A DNA stretch of 64,000 nt from Geosiphon pyriformis uo1 (GCA_016748015.1 JAAOMT010000577.1:310001-374000), one strand, 5' to 3'. Positions 23,516 to 37,098 are shown, counted from the stretch's first letter. Numbers and translations are program-made. Notes: generated from the sequence alone by a model not told the origin.

Positions 23516-26500
23516 TATAATCCAACAGAGAATCAACATCAACAGCAATTATTCAAAACAGTGACAGAATTAAAAAAATAGAGACAAACCACTTGGGATT
23601 TATGAAATTTTTATTCCAGTCTTACAAAAGTTATTTGGAATTAACAAATAATAATTGGCCAGCAGAATTAGTTTTTAATTGCTATGTTAATAAAAAAATT
23701 GTATATTATTTAGGAGGCCAAGAAAATTCAGAATCTGTCTTCAACAATTTCTTCAGTAAACTACTCCAAAACACTATATTACTACAAAATCATCTATTTG
23801 CACTAATAATTACAAAAATAAACAGGAAAATTGAAAAATACACTAAACAAAAATTCCCTATCATTTTTGTTAACAAAAAAAAAAAGATTACAAACACCAG
23901 CAGGAACTCCAAAGCAAATACAAGTACCTACTTGAAAGAAACAGAGATTTGATTTACCTGCTAATCTATCATATTATTATACACCCAAAAGCATTATCAA
24001 TATAATATCAATAGGCATATTTACAGCTAATGTAACAACACTACTAAACAGAATTCCATTCCAAAGTAAACAAAAAAAAGCAGAATTTTTAGAAACCTAC
24101 AGCAATTATTTTAAGGAATTTAAATTGTGATCTCCAATACCATCAGAAGTTTGATCATTGTCATTACAACCAAATTTCAGAGCTGCTAGTTCTTGGGAAA
24201 TAACCAACTCTGAGAAAGAGAAAAACAGTGATCAAGAAATTAATAAGCAAAATCCAATTTCAGAAAACCCAGAAATTCAAACTTCAATTATTCCAACTCA
24301 GCAAAATCAGAACAATCCAAATACCACTCCTATTGTTCTCCAAAATTTACTTTCAGTAATTGTAATTAATCTACTACCAGTTTTACCAATTGTCAAACAG
24401 CAACAACCACAGTCACAACCACCATCCCAACAGCAATTTTAACAGCAACCACAACTGCAACAACAATTACTATTAGCACCAATAATATATATACCCATTA
24501 CCAAAATTGAGAAATTGACTAGTAAAAAGAACAATGCTCAAGTATGGCTCAATGACATAGAGAAAGCCATTGTAGCTAATGGATAGAACAATGTCAAAGC
24601 ATTATAGGCAATCCCATATTTTCTCTAGAATACTACTAATTTATGATATTAAAGACTGATTCAGAAACCCCAAGATTTCAATACATTTAAAGTTGAATTC
24701 TAGAGATATTTTAGTAATAATAACAATATTAATTGCCTAGCCAATACTTTCACAACTATCAAACAAGGAGAAACTAATTATTACTTACCTAGAATGCTTC
24801 CATAAAAATTTGCACCAAATTCAAGCCATTGACACTAATTAGTTCACAGTAGCCCAAATATTGAATCAGTTCATTTGTGAATTATGTAGCAGTATCTTAT
24901 AACACATATGTTTATTACATCTAGTCACACTTCAAGCTGCAGTCACATATGCTAAAAACTTTAAAGCAGTCAAATTAAAAGCCAACCACACTCAGGCCAT
25001 AAATTTAGTAATAAATGGATCATTTGACTTGGATTCCAAATTAAAACAATTTAGTAATTCAATTAATCAGAAAATTGAGAGATACTTAGCTAACAATTAA
25101 GCAATCTATCAACTCCCACAATGTTACAACAATTCAGAAAACTTCAGTCATTCTTAAAATCAGATGTATCTATCATTATTAACTAATCAACCATGACAAC
25201 AGGAGACATGTATGTATTATAATTGTGATAAACAAAACCATATAAGAGCCAATTGTCATAACAAATTTAATAACAACTATTAACAATTAGAAAATCAATA
25301 TTGAAACCTTGATTGCAGATTTTAAACTCCAAATTACCACCCAAATTAAAATCAATATCAGTCCTATTACCCACCAATGACACAACAAATATACTCATCA
25401 CCAATTTATTAATTTTCAATACCTGTAATATATCAACTACAGCCACAAGTAATTTATCAACCTCAACCATTTTCAACACTGCCACAAATTTCAATTCAAA
25501 TATCCAAAAATCCAAGACCAAGAATTACCAACACCCAACAAAACTAGTGATCAGTAATAGTAATGCATTAATTAATATCTAGTACATCACAACAGCCATT
25601 AAGGTTATACTAGCAGAGTTCGAAAACTGGGTATAACTAAACTCAAATTCCCAGAACTATTTAAGTTTTTTGATTACTTCAGAAGACACATCACCCAATA
25701 AACTAGAATTCAACCAAAAATAGCCTTTTATTAACAACATACTGCCAACAATGATTACTAAAAATGAATCACTTACTGCCATCTTTCTTTTTGAACTCAA
25801 AGAATCAATTAAAATGCTGCTATTCAGTAGAGCTGCCCTAAAATTAAAACTCATCACTACAATGTATACTGATGTCAAAGTTGATGATCAGTTCATCAAA
25901 CTAATCTTAAACAGTAGATTAACTGACAGCATTATCACCTAACAACTCATGAACTAATTAAGTCATCAAGTTGATCATGCTGTCAGTGCACAAATAATCA
26001 CTGCTGATAAAGTGACAAAAACTCCAATAGGCAAAATTGACAACTTTTTCTTTGAAGTTAGTGGTATCATCGCACCAATCAAAGTTCTTGTCATGGAAGC
26101 TACCCAGTATCAAGCACTTATTAATAATAACTGGCTGTCTAAAACCAATACTATCCTTGACTGGATTATATAAGAGCTATAACTCAGTTGAGATAACCAC
26201 CAAATTCGAGTACCTGCCACTTGCAACCATTTTAAGACAGACACCACTCAATTGCCACCACTAATCAAATTTGATGAAGAAGAAAAGAAACCTATCTGGA
26301 AAGCATACCAAGTCTTATGGGCTAACACTGACCACAACAATCTACCACCAGTACTTACATAAGAAGAAGAAAAAAAAAAAAAAAAAAAGATAAAGAAGAA
26401 ATTCAAGCAACCACCTCTATATATACAACATATACTTCTATCACTCAAACACAGCCAAACTATCATCAACCCAAGTTAATTTGTGTTAATTGTAACAAGA

Positions 26501-27349
26501 AATTGTTAACAATAAATGCATGTTGTAGTAACAATAAAAAATAACCAATGACCACAAAATATTACTGTTACCTATGCATCCTTAAACAATTTGAATAACT
26601 GAAGTAACAAAAAAAATAGGACAACAAACCATGCTTGGCTTGTGAAAAAACTCTTCTCAACAAAAAAATATGGAACAACATTCCTGGAAGAGAAGAAATA
26701 TATGATAAATTGTGTCAATACATGATTCTAATTAGCAATTGGGTACACAAAAAAACACCAATAAATGCTGCTTAGAAAAAAGCAGTAAAATGCTTAAATA
26801 GTTGTCTACATGATGATAACAAAATCTGGTGAATGACTTTTACCAAAATCAAAAGCATGTCAAAAAAAGAAATAAAAGAAATCAAAAATAACTTGTTAGA
26901 ACTCATAGAACTCGATTGGACTCCAAACTTCAATATTGTCTTTGACACTATGAATCCAGAATAATTCTATGAATATTATCAAGATCTAGCACTCATTAAA
27001 GAAGAGCAAAAACAATGTTTAGAACAACTAAACACTCAATTATGTGACTACTGTTTGATTCTATATGACTTTCAATATTGTAATGAGTGTGATTTTATTT
27101 ACAATCTACCACTATACATAATCTACATAATTTTAGAGAAAGAAAAACCAATTAGCAACTGCACATTGGAATCAGAATTAATGTTCAATTCCGATTCAAA
27201 CTCTGGCAATGACAATGAAAACAATGATTCTAACTCAAATTTAAATAACAATAACAACAATTTGAACTTCAATTATAACTTTGAACAATACATTGCACTT
27301 TTTGATCTTTCTAAGAAGCAGGAACTAAAATGGTTTAGCAATAATAATG

Positions 27350-27750
27350 AAAGTATTATGCCAAAATGAGCACATAATATTGATACAGAGTTTGATCTAA
27401 AATATTCAGAAAAATATGTCATCAAATTAGAATTACATTTATGAATTTACATTAATCTGAAAGTAGCACTAGAGATTTTAGCAACAACCATAATACAATT
27501 AGCATCTAGATCTAGTTTAGCAAAGAAGAAAATCAACATCAGAGGAAGAATAATTAATGTAGGATATGTAAAAAATATTATCACAATGCTACAAAATAAC
27601 TTAGAAAAAAAAATATTATTGAACCAAATGAAAAGATAGCACAGATAATATTCTTGTCTTTGATTAAAATAGCTCAGTTAATATTAATAAGAAAAAGAGA
27701 GAAATTAGGAATGACAGCAAAAAAAATCAGTGGATTTGGATCCACAGATA
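27350..27750 (+). pseudogene. dut: dUTPase domain inside pol (between protease and RT)
   Basis: All five trimeric dUTPase motifs in order: DTEFDL (AGFDL), ASRSSLA, RIINVGY-KNI (GIIDxGYxG), EKIAQ, SGFGST. Also seen at 33483-33865 and ~43900-44290. Confidence 0.85.
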
Positions 27751-30700
27751 GAGTAGATATACTAGTTAATATAGCAAAAAAAGAGGTTATTGACAAGAAA
27801 AAAATTATTTCCACCTGTCAATCAATTTTTATTCTACCATATAACCAGTACATATTAGCCATAAAAAGAAAAGTAAAAGATCAGACCCAAATTTTTGAAG
27901 TAGAAACTATAATTTGTGAATCAAGAAAGATTAAAATCTTTACATATCAGCCAAAAGTCTAAAAAACATCAAAATTCCTATCTATAATACAATTAGAGAC
28001 ATTATAGAAATACCAAAAAAAACCACCATTGGATATTTAAGTACTGAAGTTGAAAACCAACTGTTAACCACCATTTCAGATTTTTCACAACTTTGCAGAT
28101 ATGTGGATATTATATTACAAACAATATATAGACAAAAAGAATGTTATTTGCTCTAACCAAAACAATTGGAATAAATGAACTTAAGAAATTTAGACCCACT
28201 TCAAAAAATTCAGCTCAAGATATTGCTTAACAATTTTACTGACATTTTTGCCAATAAAAACAAATTTGGCTGAACTGATATTATCCAATATTAGATCAAA
28301 ACTGGAGATGCAATGCCAATTAAACAGAGAGCATACTGAGTACCACCAGCCAGCCATGAAATTATCCAACAAAAAATCAACAAAATGTTGGACAACAAGT
28401 TAATTCAACTATTAATAAGTCTATGGTTATTACCAATAGTACTAGTTCATAAAAAGAATGAAAAAATCCACTTTTATGTAGATTACAGAAAACTCAACAG
28501 TGTTATTTATGAAAACAGCTATTCAACTTCACGAATTCAAGAATTATTTAACACTTTCAAAAAAAAGAAATGGTTCTTCACATTGGACTTGAATAGTGGT
28601 TACTAATAAGTAGCCATGAATCCAGCTAACAAAGAGAAAACTGTATTTACTACTAGAGAAGAAAATTTTGAATTTAAAATTATGCCATTTAGCTTAACCA
28701 ATGCTTCAGCCATATTTTAATGGCTTATGAAAATTGTTTACACTGAACTACTATGGAAATCAGTAGTTATTTATCTAAATAACACCAATGTGTTCTCAAA
28801 AATATTTGATGAGCATCTGCATTATCTGCAGCAAATATTTGAAAGACTATGAAGAACTGAATTAAAACTGAATGCAACCAAATGCTTTTTTGGCAAAACA
28901 AAATTAAAATTTTTGGGATATGTTGTCAGCAAAGATAGTATTAAAACAGATCCAAACAAAATCAAAATAGTTAAGAACTTTCTAGTACCTATCAACTTGA
29001 CTGAATTATGAGCATTCTTGGGATTTGCTGAATACTACTGCTGCTTTATACAGAACTTTTCAAAAATAGTTCAATTATTCTACCAATTTCAAGCCAAGAA
29101 TGTAAAATATAGATGAACTAAAGAACAACAAAAAGCTTTTAACACATTAAGAAAAAAGCTCATCTAAGTACCAGTGTTGATCTATTCAAATTACAACAAA
29201 TCATTTATTATTACCACTAATACATCTGGCCAAGCATTAAGAGCCATACTATTTCAGAGAAAACTGGATGGATGAGAACATCTAGTAGCATACACCAGCC
29301 AAAGTTTAAGTTCAGCTGAAAAAAACTATGAAATATCAACATTAGAATACTTAGCTATCTATTAAGCAATTATGAAATAGAAGAAATACTTAAGCCAGAA
29401 ATTTGACATATATACTGATCACAAAAGATTAACATCAATTCAGAAGCAAAAATTTGGAGATGACCATCATGTTAGATAAAAAATAGAACTTTTACTATTC
29501 AAATATACTATACATTATAAAAAGAGAAAAAAAAATAGAAATACTGATGGCTTGTTGTAAATAAGATAAATCTAAAAACATTTCAATCCAAAAATACAAC
29601 AAAAGATAAATATTAACAACTCCAATACTATATTAAGACCCAATAGTTCCAGAAAAAATTATTTTAAAAGAAACAAAACAACATAAAACAACAATCCAAA
29701 TATTTTATTACTCACTAAAATATATTATATAGGAAAAACAGAAAGAATTCAGATCAACTATTCAGAGTAATTACAAAACCAAAAAAAGAAACAATACTAT
29801 ACAACATGTACTCAAATCTAACAGCAGGATATTTTCATAAAAAAGCAACCATAGAAAGAACCAAAAAAAGATATTACTGGCCATTTATGTATCCAGACAT
29901 TATTCAATATGTCTAAAGTTGTGATGCTTGCCAAAAAAGAGAAAGAACAAGGTCCAGTAAACTATTGAGACCAATTAAAGTGAAACAACTATTTAATTAA
30001 ATTGGAATTGACTTAGTCAGATTATTAACAATAACCAGCAAAGGAAATAGATATATTATAGTAGTCATAAATTATCTTACTAAATGGCCAGAAACAAAAA
30101 CAATTCAAAGAGCGGATGTAAAATTTATTGCCAAATTTGTTTATTAAGATTTAATTTGTCAACATAGATGTCCAAAAAAATTGTTATCTGACCAAAAAAC
30201 TCACTTTGTAAACAGAATATTAGCAGAATTAAGTCAAAAATTTGGAATCAAAAGACCATTGTCATTATCATATCATCCATAAACTAATGACTTAATTAAA
30301 AGATTCAATAGAACATTGTGTAAAACAATAGCCAAGATCAGCCAAAAAAACCAGGAAGAATAAGATTTGTTTATATCATCAATACTATTTGCTTATTAAA
30401 CAATAAAACAAGATACTACACAAGCAACACCATTTGAATTAGTATATAGTAAAATAGCAACATTACTAGTTAAAATAAAAGTTAACACATATTTAGCTAA
30501 CCAATAACAGAAGACAATTTTCAAAAAACATTGTTAAGAAGAACATATAAATTAATAGAAACTCTAGAAAACAAATAAAGAAGAGCAGCTAATAATATTC
30601 AAAAGTCATAAGCAAAACAAAAAAAACAGCATGATAACTAATTACCAAATAAACCAGTTAAATTCAGGATGAGAAACAAAGTACTTTTATATTGTACCAA

Positions 30701-30965
30701 AACAGAAAAACAATGAAGTAAAAAATTTGATTTCAAATGGAATGGACCATTTTTCATAGAAAAAATTCTAGGAAATAGAGCTTATAAATTAAGATAAAAC
30801 AACAAAATCTTAACCAAAACAGCACATAGTGATTAACTGAAACCATATTATAATACAGTATTATCATCCACCAATAATATTCTACAACTGAGAGTACAAT
30901 GAATATTAGTCCAACCAGATAAGATTCTATGAGATCTGAAACCAATTATAGTTATTAATACAAAC

Positions 30966-31654
30966 ATGTCGAATTGACCAAACAAAGTAGTATATAAAAA
31001 CCTGGTAGACATAACTAAAAGCAACAATAAGATAGAAATTATAGACAACATTCAATTTTTTATACAACAACTATTCTAATTGATTCAATAAACAAACATA
31101 AAAATTACAATTAATTAACAAATTATTCAGTACAAAGATAATAAAAAGAAAAGATGATACAAGGAGCATGAAAAACTAGAAAACACTATTGACAAGATAA
31201 TTATAAAAGTAAAATCGACAATAGAAGAACAAACAAAAGTTATACTATACCAAGAGTTGATAAAAGAAACTTGGAATTGGTGGATACAATAATTTTTAAG
31301 AAACTTTTGTTATTTTCACTTAAGACAACATCTGAATATTTAGAATTTATATACAAATAAAACAAAACAATTATTTGACACAATATTACTACAACAATTT
31401 AAACAGTTTGTGGAAAAAAACAATCTAACCACACAAAAGCTATATATTGATTACAAGCTAGATTTCAAGACTGACCAGAAATACTATTCAATCCAGAAAT
31501 AGATACAGTTACTACTAATTAAATGGGTAAAATGACCAATGCCCAATTTGAGGAATTATAACTCAGAATAATACAAATAATTCTCAAAAAAGAAGTTTAA
31601 GATGTAATCCAATTTAAAGAGTTAAAAGAGTTAGAAAATCTCGACAGAGCTTAA
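30966..31654 (+). pseudogene. Extra ORF (~230 codons) between integrase and PPT
   Basis: ATG at 30966: MSN*PNKVVYKNLVDITK...KR*YKEHEKLENTIDKII...KETWNWWIQ*FLRNFCYFHL. Most stops are explicable as TGG/CAA/CAG transitions. A diverged counterpart lies at ~38845-39520. Confidence 0.55.
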
Positions 31655-31673
31655 TATTAAAAGAAAAAAATAA

Positions 31674-32457
31674 TGTTACTCATAAGATATAAAAATCATA
31701 TTAATATATAAATTAGCTAATCAAAAGTAAACATAATAAAAAAGAGAATTCCAGAATTACAGGATTTTTATATAAAGAATTCCAGGATTTCAGAATTCCA
31801 GGATTTTTCTCAAGAAATTACAGAATTTCTAGTGCAAAAAATTGAGAAATTAAGGAATCTTAATTATGTATATATAATAGTAGCATTAGAAAAAAAAAGA
31901 TATCTGAGTTCTACTTCCTAGTTAGCATCTATACATTTATACTATCAATAAATATACTTATTAATTATATTAATTCAATTGTTTACTATTAACACTTTAT
32001 GTTGATAATAATCAATACTTGACTACACTAAAACAATAGGTCTTAATTATGGCTATTGACAGGATACTAATTTTTTTGCCTTGGCTTATTTCTTATTTCA
32101 TTTTTTATTTTCTTTATTTTTTTTTCTTTTGTGTTTTGTTGTTGATTTACTAATTGATTTAACAAGAATTAATATATGGGTTACTGACATTAAGATAAAG
32201 CACTGATAAAAGACCCAAAAATAAGGATAGACACTCAGAATTAAGGATAGTTTACCAAGAGATTTCTGGCCATCATGCCAAGAAAAGAATTGACAGAATT
32301 GCAATTTTAGGAAGTAACTAAAACAGTTATTGAATCTCTGTCCATTATACAAAGAACTCAACCAAAAATTTTTAAATATTACCAATTGTATCAAGTACTA
32401 AGCACCAAGTTATAGATTTGTTATTTGCTTTGAGACTCCAAATAATTATTTGTAACA
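31674..32457 (+). repeat. 3' LTR, family A
   Basis: TGTTACTCAT...TGTAACA followed by the TSD ATGG. Confidence 0.95.
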
Positions 32458-35400
32458 ATGGTTAATAATAATAAATCTGATAAAGTATTATAATCTTGAT
32501 TGTATTTATTTAGTTATTTATTTAATATATATTAATATTAGATTTATTACTTATTATAGCAACTAGGACAGCAAAAAGAAAGTTGGTTGAATATTATTCT
32601 AAAACAAATACAACTATAATACTCTATACTGCATTGAATCCAAAAAAAAAATTCCATTATTTTACAAAAAAAAATTTTTAGATAATAATATTAATAAAAT
32701 GAAAGAATTATAAGTTATTAATTTATTTAAATAATTTTATTTTCCAACTTTTACATAATAAATAAACTTTTAGAATACATATTTTTTTTAAAATAAAGTA
32801 CATATTAGACATTATACTAATATCAAATCACAGTTTTTTGTTAAATAATAATTTTAATAATATTATAATATCAATTACATAATTTATATTAGAGACAGAC
32901 TTTGATAATGATAAAAAAAAAACTTGATAAAATTAATCATTATATTTCTGAAAAAATGATCAATAAAAAAATAGATATAATAACATAATGAAAGATATAT
33001 TACAAAAAATATTTATCTAAATTAACATTTTATTAATAATTTAATATTTAGGTACATTAAACACAATTTCTTTATCTTATATATATAACTTGTAATTATT
33101 TGACAATACAAAAATTATCTGTTGCTTTTGAATGTGTTTTTTCTGTAAATAAAAATATAATTATAAATATGAGGTTTTGCTTAATGTTTAAAACTATAAG
33201 AGCAATATAGTGTTTTCGATTATAAATATAAGAATCATTAAAAAAAATTAAATAATAATATAATATAATATAATGTTTTTAATAATTGAATCTAAACATG
33301 TTTATAAACTTTAAACCAAACTTGTTATATGTATTTGGGTTTGGTTCAAGTTTAGTAATTTTAAGTCTGGTTTAAGTTTAAGTTTAAAATTTTGCCAAAT
33401 CTTCTGTTTAAGTTCAGTTTAGTTTGGTGATTCAATTGAATTTAAACCAAATCAGACCAAACATCAAAACTTTAATCAAAAAACACATATAATACTAATG
33501 CAGAGTTTGATCTTAAATATTCTGGAAAAACTGTCATTAGATTGAAATTTTATTCACATATTAGTATAAATTTAAAATTAGTACTAGAAATTCTGACAAC
33601 AATAATAGTACAATTAGTATCTAGATTTAGTTTAGCAAAAAAAGAGATTAATATCAGAAAAAAAATAATTGATACAAGATATATAAATAATATTATTACA
33701 ATGCTACAAAATAAATTAGAAAAAGCATACACAATTGAATTAAATAAAAAGATAGCACAAACAATATTTCTGCCTTTAATAAAAATAACTTAATTAGTAT
33801 CAATAAAAACAAAAAAAAATTAAAGATAACAGCAAAAAAGATAAATGAATTTGGATCCATAAATAAAATAAAAATACTAGTCAATATAGTAAAAAAAAAA
33901 CAATTGATAAGAGAGAAATTATTTTCATGTATTAATTAATTTTTATTCTATCATATAGCCAGTATATATTAACTATAGAAAAAAAAAATCAACTCTAAAT
34001 TTTTAAAATAGAATCTACTATTTGTGAGTTAGGAGAAATTGCTATTACCAATTTCTACATATCAGCCAAAAACCATAAACACATTAAGATTCTAATATAC
34101 AACACAACTAAAAATTCAATAGAAATATTAAGTAGAATTATTATTGAATAATTAAGTATAAAAGTTGAGAATTAGGCACTGACTATCATTCCAAATTTTC
34201 TACAACTTTGTAAATATGTGGATATTATATTACAGATCATCTACAAATAAAAAAAAAAGTATTTGTTACAACCAAAACAATTAAAACAAATAAATTTAGA
34301 AAACTTAAACTTATTTTAACACATGCAAATTAAGTTATTACTTAACAATTTTATTAATATTTTTGCAAATAAAAATGAATTTGGCAAAACTAATATTATT
34401 TAATATCAAATTAAAACTGGAGATGTAATGTTAATCAAACAAAAAACATATTAAATATCACTTGCCAGTCATGAAATTATTTGGCAAGAGATTAACTATA
34501 TGTTAAACAATAAGTTAATTCAATCATTAATAAATCTATAGTCATTACTAGTAATATTTATCCATAAAAATAATAGAAAGATCCACTTTTACATGAATTA
34601 TAGAAAGTTCAATAGTATTATTTATGGAAACAGTTATCTAACTTCATAGATCCAAGAATTATTTAATGTTTTTAAAGAAAAAAAATAGTTTTCTATATTG
34701 AATTTAAACAATAGTTATTAATAAGTAATTATAAATTCAGCTAATAAAAAAACAGCATTTATTACCAAAAAAGAGAACTTTAAATTTAAAGTTATGCCTT
34801 TTAGTTTAACCAATCTCTTAACTACTTTTCAATAGCTAAAAAAAATTGTCTATATAAGATTACTATAAAAATCAATAGTAGTTTATTTAGATAACACAAA
34901 TAATGTTTTTCAAAACATTTGATAATCATTTTTACTATCTTTAAAAAATGTTTGAAAGATTAAGAAAAGCAGAATTAAAGTTGAATGTAACTAAATGCTT
35001 TTTTGAAAAAACAAAACTCAAGTTTTTGGAACATATTGTGAACAAAAATAGCATAAAAACAGATTCATATAAAATTAAGATAATCAAAAACTTTTCAGTT
35101 TTAACCAATTTAACTAAATTAAAAGCATTCTTAAAATTTGTTAGATATTATTACTACTTTATTCAGAATTTCTCCAAACTGGCTCAATTATTATATTAGC
35201 TTCAAGTAAAGTATGAATAAACTAAGAAACAACAAAAAGCTTTTAACACACTAAGAAAAAAGCTCATTTAAGTTTTAGTATTAATCTATCCAGATCACAG
35301 CAAATTATTTATTATTATTACTAATGTATTAGGTCAAATATTAAAAACATTGCTATTACAAAAAAAATTAAATAAACAAGAATATCTAATAACATATGTC

Positions 35401-35509
35401 AGCCAAAGTTTGAATTTAATTAAAAAAAACTATAATATCTCAGCATTGGAACACTTAGCTATTTATTAGACTGTTATTAAAAAAAATACTAAAGTCAAAA
35501 GTTTGATGT

Positions 35510-36319
35510 TGTTATACTTGAATATTTGGAGTCTCAAGTCAAATAACAAACTCATAACTTGGTGCTCAAAACTAGTTGTAGTTGATAGTGATCTAAAGGT
35601 TTTGTATCTGAAGGTTTTGGTTGAGTTCTTTGTATAATGGACAAAGATTTAGTGGTGATGGTAGTAGTTTTCTTGGAGTTGCAATTATGCCCAATTTCTT
35701 TCTTAGCTTGGCAGCCGGATTTATTCTGGCAGTTGTGCCCTTTTGGTAAGCTATCTGTTAATATATATAATTCTACCCTTATTTCTGGGTCTTTTACCAG
35801 GCTATCCTTGACATTAATAACTCAGCACTTAATCTTTTTAATCAATTAGTAAACAACAAAAGAAAATAAAATAAAGAAAAATAAAAGAAAATAAAGAAAT
35901 AAAGAAAATAAAATAAGAAATAAGTGTGATCAAGAGCTATTGTGCCAGCAGATTAAGTAGTGGATAATAACATTAATATGGGAGTGATTTCACTTTAAGT
36001 TATAGTATTCTATCTTTTGAAGGAAGGATATTTAATAATTATAACCTGTGAGTCTAATTAACTGCCTAATTTTTTCTCTTTTTTTCTAGCTTCTGATACT
36101 ACTGCTATATATACATAATTGAGATTCCTCAATTTCTCAATTCTTCATACCAGGAATCCTGGAATTCTTGGAATCCTGCAATTCCTTTGAGAAGAATCCT
36201 GAAATTCCTGGAATCTTGCAATTCTTCTAAGAGGAATTCTGGAATTCCATATTTACTACATTTATTCTGATTGGCTAATTTATGTACTAATATTTAATTC
36301 CTATATTCTATGAGTAACA
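35510..36319 (-). repeat. Solo LTR, family A, inserted in RNase H
   Basis: TG...CA ends, perfect TSD ATGT (35506-35509, 36320-36323). Host KFDV|YTNH resumes. CCAAT box (AGCCAATCAG on the minus strand). Confidence 0.95.
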
Positions 36320-37098
36320 ATGTATATACTAATCACAAAAAATTGACATTAATTTAAAAGCAAAAATTTGAAGATAAATATTATATAAAATAAAAAATAA
36401 AATTATTAATATTTAATTATATAGTATATTATAAAAAAAATGAAAATATTAATAGTTTGTTATGAATAAGACAAATTTAAAAACATTTCAACCCTAAAAT
36501 ATAACAAAAAATAAATACACAAAAATATTAACAACTTCAAAATTATATTAATACTTAATAGTTCAAGAAAAAATTATCTCAAAAAGAACAATATAACATA
36601 AAACAACAATCAAAATATTTTATTATTTACCAAAATATACTATATTAAAAAAACAGAAAAAATCCAAATTGACTACTCAAAGTAATTACAGAATTAGAAA
36701 AAGAAATAATTTTGTTTAATATGCATTCAGATTTAACTACAAAACATTTTTTTATAAAGAAGCAACCATAGAAAAAACCAAAAAAAAATACTATTAGTTA
36801 TTAATGTATTCAAACATTTTCAAAATTATGATGCTTCTTAAAAAAAAGAAAGAACAAAACTCAGTAAACCATTAAAATTAATCAAAATAAGACAACTATT
36901 TAATTAGATTAAGATTGACTTTGTAAAATCATTAACAATAATCAGCAAAAACAATTAATACATAGTAGTAGTTATAAACTATTTTATAAAATAGTCAATA
37001 GCTAAAGCCATTTATAGAGTAAATATAGAATTTATAGCCAAATTTATATATTAAGATTTGATTTGTTGACATAAATGTTCAAAAAATTGTTATCATAT

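Larger units (their letters stand above)
23495..30930 (+). pseudogene. pol: gag-pol polyprotein remnant: N-extension, P/Q-rich, capsid, CCHC, protease, Cys-rich, dUTPase, RT, RNase H, integrase
   Basis: Capsid ~24480-25020. CCHC ghost YYNCDKQNHIRANC ~25210-25256. PR MYTDVKVDDQFIKLILNSRL (DSGS) ~25862. RT VDYRKLN, FTLDLNSGY, MPFSLTNA, YLNN (YLDD) 28770-28783. RH DTSG/TDH ghosts. IN CDAC, YLTKWPE, YHP*TN-LIKRFNRTL. Confidence 0.9.
22729..32457 (+). mobile_element. Structurally complete Ty3/gypsy LTR retrotransposon (family A), 9729 bp, inactivated by transitions
   Basis: Perfect 4-bp TSD ATGG (22725-22728, 32458-32461). LTRs 22729-23496 and 31674-32457, PBS 23499-23515, purine tract 31659-31673, internal gag-pol and an extra ORF. 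Confidence 0.95.
20563..33474 (+). mobile_element. hAT DNA transposon (~3.2 kb excluding the nested LTR element), decayed transposase
   Basis: 8-bp TSD ATCAAAAC (20555-20562) / ATCAAAAA (33475-33482). ~12-bp imperfect TIRs TAAGATTCTGAT / ATCAAAACTTTA, with AAACC/GGTTT subterminal repeats. Transposase ghosts: ITAYYINDNWN, IIDFGLI, KLVEYYSKTN..TALNP, and a dimerisation-domain ghost (ancestral DYLAIQ..SVASER.FS) at ~33060-33230. Confidence 0.85.

Noticed and set aside
25321-25327. TTTAAAC as a -1 frameshift slippery site between gag and pol
   Set aside because: It is readily produced by C->T from TTT CAA AC, no downstream structure was evident, and gag and pol appear to be one frame.
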